This document shows, piece after piece, positions 12,901-23,933 of a stretch of DNA of 64,000 bases; positions within the stretch are counted from its first letter, which is position 1, and every line of letters begins with the position of its first letter. A program made the translations under genes and the position numbers. Under the pieces are notes generated by a model, which did not search any database, had not been told where the DNA came from, and was given only the letters and a program-made list of their open reading frames with translations. Location of the stretch: positions 687,771-751,770 of the forward strand of contig NW_003314314.1 in NCBI RefSeq assembly GCF_000143415.4, in the 5' to 3' direction. This DNA is from Selaginella moellendorffii (taxonomy: Eukaryota > Plantae > Lycopodiophyta).

Positions 12901-15305
12901 ATCAGAAGCGTTTAATTCGAAAAGGAAGAAGGGCAACGAAAAGATGATAGGTAATGCCTCGCAGTTATGGCGTGTGTGCTCATGCCATTCATTGTAGATC
13001 AAGGGCTGAGTGAAAGCAGCTAGTCACCACCTCCTGACTCAGATTCCTATGGCGGACTCCCCTTCCCCAATCTCAATGGAGAGGTACAATGGATGAGGGA
13101 TGCTTTTCAAGTCAGGGCCATGTTTTTCTCATCTCGTCATCTTCGAAGGGTGCAAGAACGTGTAGAAACCATGTTAAGACAGTCGGGTGAGGATACGGTC
13201 CTAGGTCACGCACTAAAACAGGCTATGGATGTCTTGTATTTTGAGATGGAGACTCGGCCAGATGATTTTCCCAAGATGGTCCTGGAAGAACAAGCCATCC
13301 AACCTGAGCAGCCTATGGAAGAAATGCAGGAGGGGGATGAGGAGCCAGAGAAAGATAATGAGCAGGAAGAGCAGAAGGACGAAGAGGAGGACAAAGAAGA
13401 GGAGGACGAAGAAGAGGAGGACGAAGAGGACTTGGATGGTCCTCACAATGGTGACGATCACAATAACGACGACGACGATGATGACGACGATGACCAGCCT
13501 GAGGTGGCCAAAGAGCAGCGGAGGAAGGTCATACAAAACAAACCATCAGGTAAATAATAGTACATCCATTCCTAACCTTTTACCATTTCTAACATTATCC
13601 ATGTAGGTCGCAGAGCAAATGGTAAGTAGAGATTATTCAATTGAATTAAGATACAAACTCTAGCCTTTAGTGTCGAGGAAGGATAGTGCCAATGTCCAAT
13701 CCTTCAGAATCAGCAGTGCGCCCAAGTGATATCGGTCCTAGTTCCTCAATAGCAGTTGATGGTAAATACAGTATAGTCGATTCAATGTGCTAATGAGTTT
13801 GTTTTTAGTAGCCAGTAGGGAGGATACCATCTCAATCGAAGGGAGATATTTGGACATGCATATGGATCCGCCAGTGGACTCTACTTGCCTGCAAGAGTCA
13901 TCAGAGCTGGTGGAGGCTACTATCCATATCAACGCCAAGCAAGCTGACCACGCTCCACTTGATGCTGCCCATACCACTGAGTCAATCTTGTCCACGTATC
14001 CAACTGACGGTGACCAGGCGCCATTGGACCCGCATGAGGCCACCCCAGCCACCGAGCCGGTCGTATCCTCATTTCCAACGGACTCAACGTGTGCCCAATC
14101 GTCTGACTACGCACCGTTGGAACCTCCCTACACCGCCCCTGCTGCCTGTTCGGTCATGTCCACTTTGCCAACGGAGGCACCAGCTGAAATGGCGTGTGAT
14201 CACACGCTATCGGAACCACCCCATGCCACTGTTGAGCCAGTTGTACCAAAGTCTACAGTTGAAATGGCATGTGCCCACACGCCATTGGATGCGATTGACC
14301 CCACATTGCAGAGGAGAGTATTTCCGCCCTTCACGTTTCCTCGACCAAAACCCTCTCAACGACCATCGGGAGCACCATTCGCTAATATTGTAGATGGTAA
14401 AATTGACTTGTACCATTTTTTATGCTGACGCATTTCATTTCAGAGTCACGGCGAAGGTACTGTATCGTTTTTGATCTAAACGGTGTCCTTTTCTCCCATG
14501 AGCGTGGCTCGTCCTCGAATGTCACTGCACCCTCCAAAGCCTGCGGTCGCAAGTTGGTCAAAAGAGACAGATTCACATTAATCACACGGGAGAAACTGCG
14601 GGATCTAATAATGACCATGCGACACTTAAAACAGAGGGCCGGGTTCAATTTGCAATTGGGAGTTTGGACATCCATGATGCGCCACAATGCATTAACGTTG
14701 CTACAGATGTGCATGATTAGACACGAGTAATATTACCATTTGACTTTCTCCTAACGCAGGAGGATTGCTTGACTATGGTCCATGTGAGGGGTAGCAAGCC
14801 CATCTTCGTCAAGCCAGAGGCTGTAGTGATGAACCGGACTGCTAGGTCAAGTGAAATCCTCATCATCGATGACTCGCCGATTAAAACTACAGCGAACACG
14901 CACACATATGCAGTGCACCCCATCTCTTGCAGTATGGAAACTAGGGAGAAGAAACCATATGTTCTGGGGGACCTTGCAAAACGGCTTGGAGCGATGGTGA
15001 TAGAGAACCGGCCAGTCTAGGAGGTGGCTGCAGAAATCAACCAAATGGCAGATGGAACGGTATATCAAAAGCCATTTGATCGGATAGACACCAGTCATCA
15101 TTTATGGCATGTATATTGTCTAGCCAAGCACTATCTGCATCTCCATAATCTGCTCAACCGGATGGGTTCTTCGACCACTGAACATGAGCGTGGACGTATT
15201 AGAGAAGAGATGGCATTACTATTGGGTTTAAATCCTGATAGTGTGGAGAGTGATGAAATTCCAAGATTATTGTATAGGCGTTGGAGGCAAAAAATAACAG
15301 TCTGA
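9953..15305 (+). pseudogene. Transposon cargo gene: ParB-like domain, helical region, degenerate DNA N6A/N4C-methyltransferase-like fold, acidic tract, Pro/Thr repeats, FCP1/NIF HAD phosphatase domain
   Basis: ORFs join in frame across TAG stops (10433, 11066, 13021, 15018) and GT-AG introns (11132-11185, 12499-12548, 12636-12691, 12764-12812, 12951-12997). Frameshifts lie near 11830, 14420 and 14725. Motifs: RLVSDEWVEKLK..FYAVSGQHSSLA; VVEYNCGGLFFRAALLKGVPCVAV; IVFDLNGVL..GVWTS..KPIFVK..LIIDDSPIK. Whether it is one gene or two is uncertain. Confidence 0.7.
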
Positions 15306-16571
15306 GATGGCATGTATTTATTTAAAAATGTAACTTATTATGGCATGGGGTTCCATGCCATTGTATTAATATTAAAAGACAATTCTTTGAGAGGATTTGC
15401 ATTATACTAGAAGTGTTACAGCATGTTATTGGAAGTTTAACAAGTTATTTTATTAATAAGGGGAAAGTAAAGATTGAATGGGGACTTGGGCTCCACCTAG
15501 ACTCGGAGCAACTAAGCCAATATTAAAAGGATGGAAAGAAATTGGACGACGATGACAAGGAGAAGAGAGAGGTGAAGTAGTGGCAGGGGGAGGAGAAGTG
15601 ATTAAGTAGACATTTCCTTGTTTAAAATAAAATGGCATGTGCCTCAATGCAGTTGAATTTTATTATATTTATATACTATATAAAGGTTTGGAAACCTTAT
15701 TTTACAAGTGGGATAATGACAATTCCCACTTTAACGAAATAGAGCTTTCCTCTAGTGTAGTGACTACAGATACAATCACATGGTGAGGAAGTCCCAGAGG
15801 ACAATGGGACTTAGTGGCCGGGCCTGCGGGCCTTGATCTAGTGGCAATGTTGGTGAACATGGCCATGGACGGAAAAGGGACTTGGCAGGAACTGACAAAG
15901 GGATGTTGGGGAAGGCTATTCCCCATGTTTATGGGCATCCTAAGGATGCTAAGGAGTGGATCTGGGATGACCACTCATGGATGGACAGCCCAGTCTTGGA
16001 GAGATGGGATTGTGATGCAAGTGGTATTGGACCACCAGTGCGGCAAAGGTGAATGGGCATGGCCTTAGCGTAACAGGTCAATATGTCAATGGTACCTTTG
16101 GGTGTTGGTCTTGGGATCAGACACGTGGAGCACTTGGACCAAGTGCAAAGGTTGAGTGGCGGGGATGCCATTCTTGGGGCTAGCAAGCCCAAGTCCAAAA
16201 TAGGACTTATGGAGGTTGTGAGTGAAACTCCTCCAAGTGGTCGAAGGTGTGGTTAAGTGACTAAAGTAGAATGGAAAAATTTAATCGCTTACATGTAAGT
16301 GGTGTCAGACCACCAGTGTGACCAAGGTGAATGGGCATGGCCTTAGTGTAACAGACTGATATGTCGGTGGTACCTTGGGGTGTCAGTCATATGATCGGAC
16401 ACGTGGAGCACTGGACCAAGTGCAATGGTTGAGTGGCATGGATGTCATTCTTGGGGCTAGCAAGTCCCTAAGTCCAAAATAGGACTTATGAAGGTTGTGA
16501 GTGAGACTCATCCAAATGGTCGGAGGTGTGGTTAAGTGACTAAAGTAGAATGGAAAATCTAGTCGCTTACA

Positions 16572-17716
16572 AAGGAGTCCGAGATAAAGTCCGAAAAAGA
16601 GTTTTAGATGGAGTCCAAGATGGAGTCTAAGATAGAGTTTGAGATGGAGTTTGAGATGGAATCTGAAATGGAATCTGAAAAAGAGTCCAAGATGAAGTTC
16701 GAGAAGGAGTTCAAAATGGAGTCCAAAATGGAGTCTAAGATGGAGTCCAAAAAGGAGTTTGAGACTGAGACCAAGATTGAGATTGAGATTGAGACCGAGA
16801 CCGAGACTGAGTCCAAGTCTAAAACCAAGTCTGAGTTCAAGTCTAAGTCTAAGTCCAAGTCCAAAAGTGAAATTCTCCCAAACCCTAGGGGGTTTAGTGA
16901 GTCCCTATAGGATAGTAGAGGGAGGACTCTAGTAGAACTAGTTTGATAAGGAAAGGTTAGTATAACCAAGGAAGATTACACCCATATGGTAAGTTGATAT
17001 AACCACTAAGGAGTCCAAGGCTAGAGTGAATACAGATGGACAAATGGGGTAACTTGGTAAAGTGTTCAAAAGTTAACTTTAACTCTTTTGAGAGATCGAA
17101 TGGTTAATGCTCACAATCCAAGTGTGGGTGACTTACTTAAATACCTTGCATAATTTATCAGAACCTCACTCTAACCACATGGCTAGGGCACTCTAGTGGT
17201 AGAATGTGGGAAGAGTATCTACAAGGTTTGCATAAAGCCACAATGTTTCAAAATATTGTCCTAAAGTTTTAGATTGTGGAAAGGAAGAAGAACAATCCTC
17301 TTGCATAATAACCAAAAGTATAATCATATAGTAAGGAAGTTTTAGAAGTCAATAGGACTTAATGGTTGGGCTTTCAAGCCCTCATTCAATAGCAGTGTTG
17401 ATGGCCTTGCTATGGATGGAGAAAGACTTAATGGGGACTAAAGAAATGATATTGGGGAAAGGTGTTCTTCATATCTCTAGGCATATTAAGGATGCTAAGA
17501 TATGGTAATGGGATGACCATTAGTGGTACCTTTGGGTGTCTATAGTAAGATTAAACATATGGAGCACTTGAACCAAATGCAAAAGTAGAGTGGCATAAAG
17601 GCCATTCACAGGGTTAGCAAGTCTTTAAATTGAGAATAAGACTTATGGAGGTTGTGAGTAAGACTTTTCCAAGTTATCAAATGATTAAAATAGAATGAAA
17701 AAATTAATCATTTCCC
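16572..17716. mobile_element. Older, truncated LTR copy C of the same family
   Basis: Starts within the 12-mer array and is colinear with A/B to the end. Heavily C>T/G>A mutated. Confidence 0.8.
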
Positions 17717-17934
17717 AAAATTGGTTTTTGGTCTTAGCCTTACTTACACACATTGTTGCTATTTGCTATGGCTTCAATCTTGCCACTAGTATATGGTTTT
17801 AGCTATGAATTGTCAGGCTCCCATTTCTACTACTTAAATCTTTATAAACATCCTTCCCAATTGTTAGAAATTCCTACAAAGAATTAATATAATTTTAATA
17901 TTGTATTATAATATTATCACTAAAATTATCAATA

Positions 17935-20900
17935 CTATTATGAAATCCAAGTGTACTGCTATAATGCCATACATTAATATTAGCATAGTAGCTATCGGAT
18001 TAGTTTCAATTCAAACCACTCACTCTTATAAAAATTTTGGGCTAATTGATATGCACATTTTCTATATTCCTTTTCCATATCCCATACACTCACATTGGTG
18101 GAGGTGAAGGGCATTTGTGATTGTTTGTAAAGAGTGCTTGAATTTGGGATTTTGGCTTATATCTAACTTTTGCATTGTAAATCTAGCCCTTTCCATTTCC
18201 TTTCTTTTGTTATTTCCTTTTGGGATTTTTGTTTAGATCTAGCTTTTGCATTGTCTAAATCTCCCTTTCCTTCTAGCTTTTTTACATTTCTTTTCTTTTG
18301 CTTTTTCTTTTTCATTCATCTTTATGGCAAAGTAGCAATTTCCTCCTTTGACTTTGGAGCAGCAATTGGTGCGATTGCTCAATGTTATGCGATTGCAATT
18401 AAACAACCAAATTTAATTGCTGATGGAGTTCTTTCATGGGAATCTTAGGGATGATGTGTACCATTGATTTGATCATTTCATGGTGATTACCACATATCAT
18501 TCTTAGGATGATGCTCAACGTTTGCGTGAATTTCCCATGTATCTCCAAAGGATGGTGTTGCAGTGGTATAATGGTTTGAGCACAGCCACTTATAGGGACT
18601 AAAGTATTCTCCTAGATGTCTTCAAACACGCATTTGAACATGCCGACGATTATAATGATGCCTTTTAACAATTGTATTGTCTTCGTCAAGAGCCATCTGA
18701 GTCAGTAATGCAATTTGGCATTCATTTCCAAAGCCTCTTGCTTTGTGCGGAGTCAAATAAGTTAAAGCGGATCAAGCTAGGAATGTTATGGCCAACACTT
18801 TGTTAAGATCTTGTAAGACTTATGTATGCATTTGCTCCAACCACCCTTGACGATGCCCTTCACTTGGCATAACATTATAAGACGTTATCTCTTCCACTTT
18901 TCATTGTACATCCTTCAACTCTACTTCCTATGGGAGATAGTTCTATTCTAATGGAAGTTGATGCTATTGCTACTTGAGTTTAAGGACAAGGGCGAGGACA
19001 TGGTCATGGCCATGATGTTCACTATTGGGCATGTGATGAAGCTAGTCACACTTATCAGTATTGTTGGTATTTTCCGAATTGGCGGCCTTCATTTCCTGGG
19101 TGGAGACCTTGGTGTCAACAACGTTCTATTGGTGATACTACGGTAGAAGGTCTGGACACCAAGATGCATATGGGAAATAAGGAGTCGCATGAGTAATGTA
19201 GGGACCTTGCATGAATAAGTTAGTGGCCCTTCCATCTTTCTTTCAAGAGTATCATTAAGGGGTTCATTTGGCACAAGTTCATCCAGTGTTTACTTTCCAA
19301 ACTCGCTTTTATAATAAGAGGGCTTTTATTATTCTCTTTGTGTTGGTTGATATAGGTTCAAGTTTATCTTCTATTACTCGACCTGTTGCAACACGTTGCT
19401 ATCTACATTTGCATCGTGCAATAGAGCTAGTCTTCATTCTTTATGGCAACAGCCATACACATGGTGCATGAGATGAGACAAACTGTAAGCAACCAAAGGG
19501 AACAATTCGAAAAACGATCTATAGGGTTCAAATATAGAGGAAAAGGACCCATGAATAAGAGTGCACCCCCTTTTCCAATCGGTTAAAGGTCTTGGGATAG
19601 TTGGGGTTAAGCGTCCTTGGGTTTGAATAGTACTGGGCTGGGTGACCTTCCGAGAAATCCAAATTCAAGAACTTACATTTGGTATCAGAGCGGTCTCAAA
19701 TCCGACTTTGTTGGTTGGCTAGGGGAATCACACCACATGTTGATTGACATCTGGCTGGTCCAATTTGCTCCCACTAGGCTGAGGGGTAGGGTGTCAAGAG
19801 AGTGGGGCTCTTGGGAGAGCTGCGGCTCTCAGCTTCCGTTCACAAGGGTGTGAACTTGTGAAAGGGTCCATGAACAAGATTGCACCGAGCGGGGCTCTTG
19901 GGAGAGCTACGGCTCTCAACTGGTCCAATTTACTCCCACTGGGCTCGATCTGAGGGGTCGGGTGTCAAGAGAGCGGGGTTCTCGGAAGAGCTACAGCTCT
20001 CAGCTTCCGTTCATGAGGGTGTGAACTTGCAGGGAAGTGTGGTGGATTATAAGCAACCAAAGGGAACGACTCAAAAGACGATCCATAGAGGTTCAAATAT
20101 AAAGGGAAAGGGCCCATAAACAAAAGTGCACCCTCTTTTCCAATCGGTTAAGGGTTTTGGGATAGTTAGAGTTAAATATCCTTGGGTTTGATTAGTATTG
20201 GGCTGGATGACCTCCTGGGAAGTCCAAATTCAAGAGTTTACATGGACTTAGTGGTGCGTATGGGAGATTTCGAACTTGAGTTGCAATCATTACCGGTGGT
20301 ACTGAGTTAAGCTTTTGACTTTATTTTTGGTATGTATTAGTTGCAGTACAATCATGTTAAATGTGACTTTGAAGCTTCTCCCCTTTATCTCATACTTTTT
20401 TATATTTCATTCATTCCTCTCACTTCCATACCTTTTTGTCACTTTGCTTCTACTTTTGCTTTCATTACTTTTGTTTCCCCATTACTTCCTTTTGTTTTTT
20501 TATTTTGTTCCACTCTTCCCCTTTTCGATCCCTTTGACAGTCTTTGTGTTGTAGTGGTTGACCAGCTCATGAAGGAATATGCCAATCTCTTTGAATTTGA
20601 TCTATCATTTGGGGCCAAGATTGCCACACATCATTTGATTCCAATTGAGGATGCTCATCTAATCAAGGTTCCTATTTGTCATCGGTCACCTAAAGAGATC
20701 AAAATTTTACGTGCAAATATCAAAGAAATGTTAGAGAAGGGTGTTATTCGAAAATCACGAAGTCCTTGAGCATATAAACTTCATCTTGTGAAGAAATGTT
20801 AGAGAAGGGTGTTATTCAAAAATTGTGAAGTCCTTGAGTATATAAACCTTATCTTATGATAAAGCCTAATGAGAGTATTCATTTTTACATCGACTATTAT

Positions 20901-23641
20901 CTGTTAAACGAAGTGACAATCTCAGATATATACCCTTTTCCTTATACTGTTGATCTCTTAAATCATTTAGGGAGAAGTCGCTGATTCACTAAACTAGATC
21001 TTGCTTTTGGGTATTAGTAAGTATCAATGGCTAAAGAAGATATTCCTAAAACTACTTTTCATACATCGTTTGGTTTGTATGAGTTTTTGATGATGTCATT
21101 TAGTTTGAACAATGCTTCAGCAACTTTCCAGCGAATAATGGATAAAGTTCTTTGTGATATGCTAAAGGTGACTGTTGACTTCATTGATGATGACTTGATC
21201 CATTTGGAAGAGATGTGGGAAGAACACATCTATAATGTTCATAAAGTGTTAAATTGGTTACAAGAAGTTGGTTTAAAGCTAAAACGGTCAAAGTGTGTGT
21301 TTGGGTCCAAGGACACAAGTTATCTTGGTACCATATTTTTAGTAAGGGTTTACAAGTTGATTTTAACAAACTTGTGGCTGTTCTTAAGTTTCCTACTCTA
21401 AAGTGTGTGAATGATGTATAGTGCTTCTTAAGCAAAGTGCAATATCTTTGTCATTTTGTGGATCATCTTTTTGATCGCACTGCACCGTTGTGAGCATTGT
21501 TGAAGTCATCAATGTCATCTTTCATCTGGTCTGTAGACTATGAGCGGGCATTTATAGATCTCAAGAAGCTATTGACAACTCCTCCGGTTTTAGCATATTT
21601 TAATTACACTCGACCTTTCATTTTGCACGTGGATACTCTTGATATTAATCTTGGAAGTGTATTAATGCAAGGGAACCTGAGTGTGCCTGGATAACACCAT
21701 CCCATTACATATATAAACCGTACATTACAACCAATAGAGGCAAACTACTCCATGATAGAGGAGTGTTTAGGAGTAGTCTAGGGTTTCGAGAAACTTCATA
21801 CATATCTACATGGTTCTTAAACATTACTAGAAGGTGATCATATTGCTGTTATTTCATTATTGAAGCGGAAGAACCTAGTTAGTCATATTGCTCAGTGGGT
21901 TTTGAGGCTTTAAATATATAATTTTGATATTATTTATCACCCAAGGAGTTCTATGGTTGATGCTGATGCCCTTTCTTAGGCTCTTCTTCCCTCTTTGCTC
22001 TCTTCTTATGTTTTTTACAAGCCTGTTGGTCCAGCATCAATGAATTTTCTAAATAAAAATTCTATGCCATCTGCGGTTGTTGTACTTGATGTTCAGTGTG
22101 CTTAAAGTGTAGAGCAAAATTTACCTTCTTTTGATGAAGTTCATAAGGTTCAAAAAATTGAGCCATGGATTCAAAAAATTCAAGATGGGTTTTAGAATTT
22201 TGCATCACTTGTTGATGATTTGCCATTCTAGCATTTATATTTTCAATATCACATTGAAGATGATTTTCTTTATTTTGTGGGGATAAATCCTGGTGATCAT
22301 TTATGGCTAATGATGCTTTCAATCTTTATTCTATGGTTTCTCTATGCTTACCATGATTCTCCTATTTTATGTGAGTATATAGGATATTGTTGTGTGACCA
22401 AGAAGCTGTGCAAATCTTTCTATTTGTTGGAAATGCAATGTAATACTATCCAATATGTGTGTAACTGTATTTAGTGCCAAACTCATAATATTCCCCCTCG
22501 TGCTGCAAAAAGACAGTTGGAGTCAATTGCAATTCCTCGTTCATTTGAGTTCGTGGTATTTAATCTTATGGGACCTTTTCCACAATTGATTATTAGCAAT
22601 GAATATGTTATTATTGTTTCTGACTACTTGACTCATTGGGTAGAGGTTGGTGCTTTTGCTAGTGCTTCTGCAATTGCTATTAGATATTTCCTCCTCAATT
22701 AAGTGGTATTTCAGTATTCTTGTCTGGAATGGGATAATGACCTTGCATTTATAGCTGAGGTATTTCATATTTTGACATCTCGGTTGGGGATATACCACAC
22801 TTTCACTAGTGCTTATCACCCACATTCAAACAATTTGGTGGAATGGCTCATTGGACATTCAAAGGGATGATTGCGAAAGGATTCAAAGGGATAATCAAAG
22901 GGATGATCGCGAAGGGATTCAAAAGGATGATCATGAGTTCTATTGATGCTTCGCTATATAAACTTCTATATGGTCATTTAAGTTTATCTTCATAATTGCC
23001 ACGAGCTACCGATGTTAGGTCGTAAGATCAAGTATATATTTGATGAGTATTCTTCCACTTGTCTAAGTAGAGTTTGCCGAACACCTGAGCCATCTATAAA
23101 TGGGACAACCATGGCATTATAACTCCCATCATCGTTCACTGGTGGAGTACAAAGTGGATGACTGAGTGTTAATTTATTTTCCCCATCTTGGTTTATCTAA
23201 AGGGCTTCTTGCTCAAAGCAAAGGACCATATTAGGTGTTACGGCAAGTTGGATTGCAAATTTATGAGGTTTGGTATGATATCTAGCAAACCAATTCTTTA
23301 TAAATTATGCATGTGCAATGATTAAAACACTTCTTACAAAGGTATCAGAAACAACTAACACCGCCTACAAATCCACTAATGCCTCCTCTTGATGTTCCTC
23401 CAAATCCCAGCCTATCTATAAGAGAACTCTGATGGTTTTCCATTATTTCAAGAGGAGGGGATGATGTAATGTTTAAGTATATGGCTATGATACCATATAT
23501 TAATAATAGCATAGTGGGATTTTAGTAACTGTTAGATTGGTTTCAATCTGGACCATTTGTTCTTATATATAAGTTAGGGTTTTTAAGTTAATTGATATGC
23601 ACATTTTCTATATTCCCTTTCTATATCCCATACACTCTATA
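17935..23641 (+). mobile_element. Degenerate Ty3/Gypsy LTR retrotransposon
   Basis: Similar short LTRs (~17935-18094 and 23465-23641), PBS TGGTGGAG.. at 18096 and PPT AGAGGAGGGG at 23451. Fragments occur in order: protease (LVDIGSS), RT (KTTFHTSFGLYEF, FIDDDLI), RNase H (PFILHVD) and integrase (DYLTHWVE), with many stops. Confidence 0.88.
19484..20242 (+). mobile_element. Cassandra-type TRIM with 5S rRNA-derived LTR cores, inserted in the Gypsy protease region
   Basis: LTRs are 19484-19677 and 20048-20242, with PBS TGGTATCAGAGC at 19680 and a ~370-bp non-coding interior. The LTRs contain GTTAAGCGT..TAGTACT..GGGTGACC and GACCTCCTGGGAAGTCC, matching the plant 5S rRNA internal promoter region. 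Confidence 0.88.
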
Positions 23642-23933
23642 AATATTATAATATACATATAGCTTAATAAGGTTATGTTAAAATTTCTTAACCCCCATTG
23701 ACTTTGCTACTGCGCTAGTGCAAAAGCTCATTTTCCTTGTTATTGGCCTTATACCTAGCAAGTGTCATTCTCAGAATCAAGGAGTTAATTGCTTTGATAC
23801 TATGTTAATAGTGGAGAGATGTGCACAAGGAGGAAAAATTCTTTGTGTATTTCAACTATAATATATGGACAAATACATATACATAGAAATTACTACCACA
23901 TGGGCATAATTACATGCCACATCATCTATACCT

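Larger units (their letters stand above)
3137..15653. repeat. Dispersed 22-bp palindrome ATGGCRTGWGGCCWCAYGCCAT, ~26 copies confined to the transposon
   Basis: Copies start at about 3137, 3453, 3542, 3951, 4062, 4142, 4302, 4447, 5789, 5846, 7449, 7519, 7617, 8220, 8292, 9736, 9813, 9876, 11153, 12641, 12782, 12967, 14189, 14264, 15340 and 15632. Confidence 0.93.
2911..15747. mobile_element. 12.8-kb cut-and-paste DNA transposon, Sola1-like, with cargo genes
   Basis: TIR AAGCTCTATTTCGTTAAAGTGGGA at 2911-2934 and its exact reverse complement at 15724-15747. TSD TCCT at 2907-2910 and 15748-15751. Removing the element restores LTR sequence matching copy A (~1410-1440). Confidence 0.93.
1695..16293. 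mobile_element. Solo LTR copy B (1695-2910 + 15752-16293) nested in copy A, interrupted by the 12.8-kb DNA transposon
   Basis: Termini are TGTGAGAC...CGCTTACA, flanked by the direct repeat TGTAA at 1690-1694 and 16294-16298. Copy A sequence resumes after 16298 where it stopped at 1694. Confidence 0.85.
254..16571. mobile_element. LTR-like repeat copy A (254-1694 + 16299-16571), split by insertion of sister LTR B
   Basis: Begins TGTAAGAC at 254 and ends CGCTTACA at 16571 (inverted TGTAAG..CTTACA termini). It is colinear with copy B. No clean TSD at its own ends. Confidence 0.7.

Noticed and set aside
3137-15653. Palindromic repeats as a CRISPR array
   Set aside because: Spacing is irregular (tens of bp to kb), the repeats are degenerate, there are no cas genes, and the context is eukaryotic.
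19606-20225. 5S rRNA genes
   Set aside because: Only ~55-bp internal fragments, embedded in TRIM LTRs.
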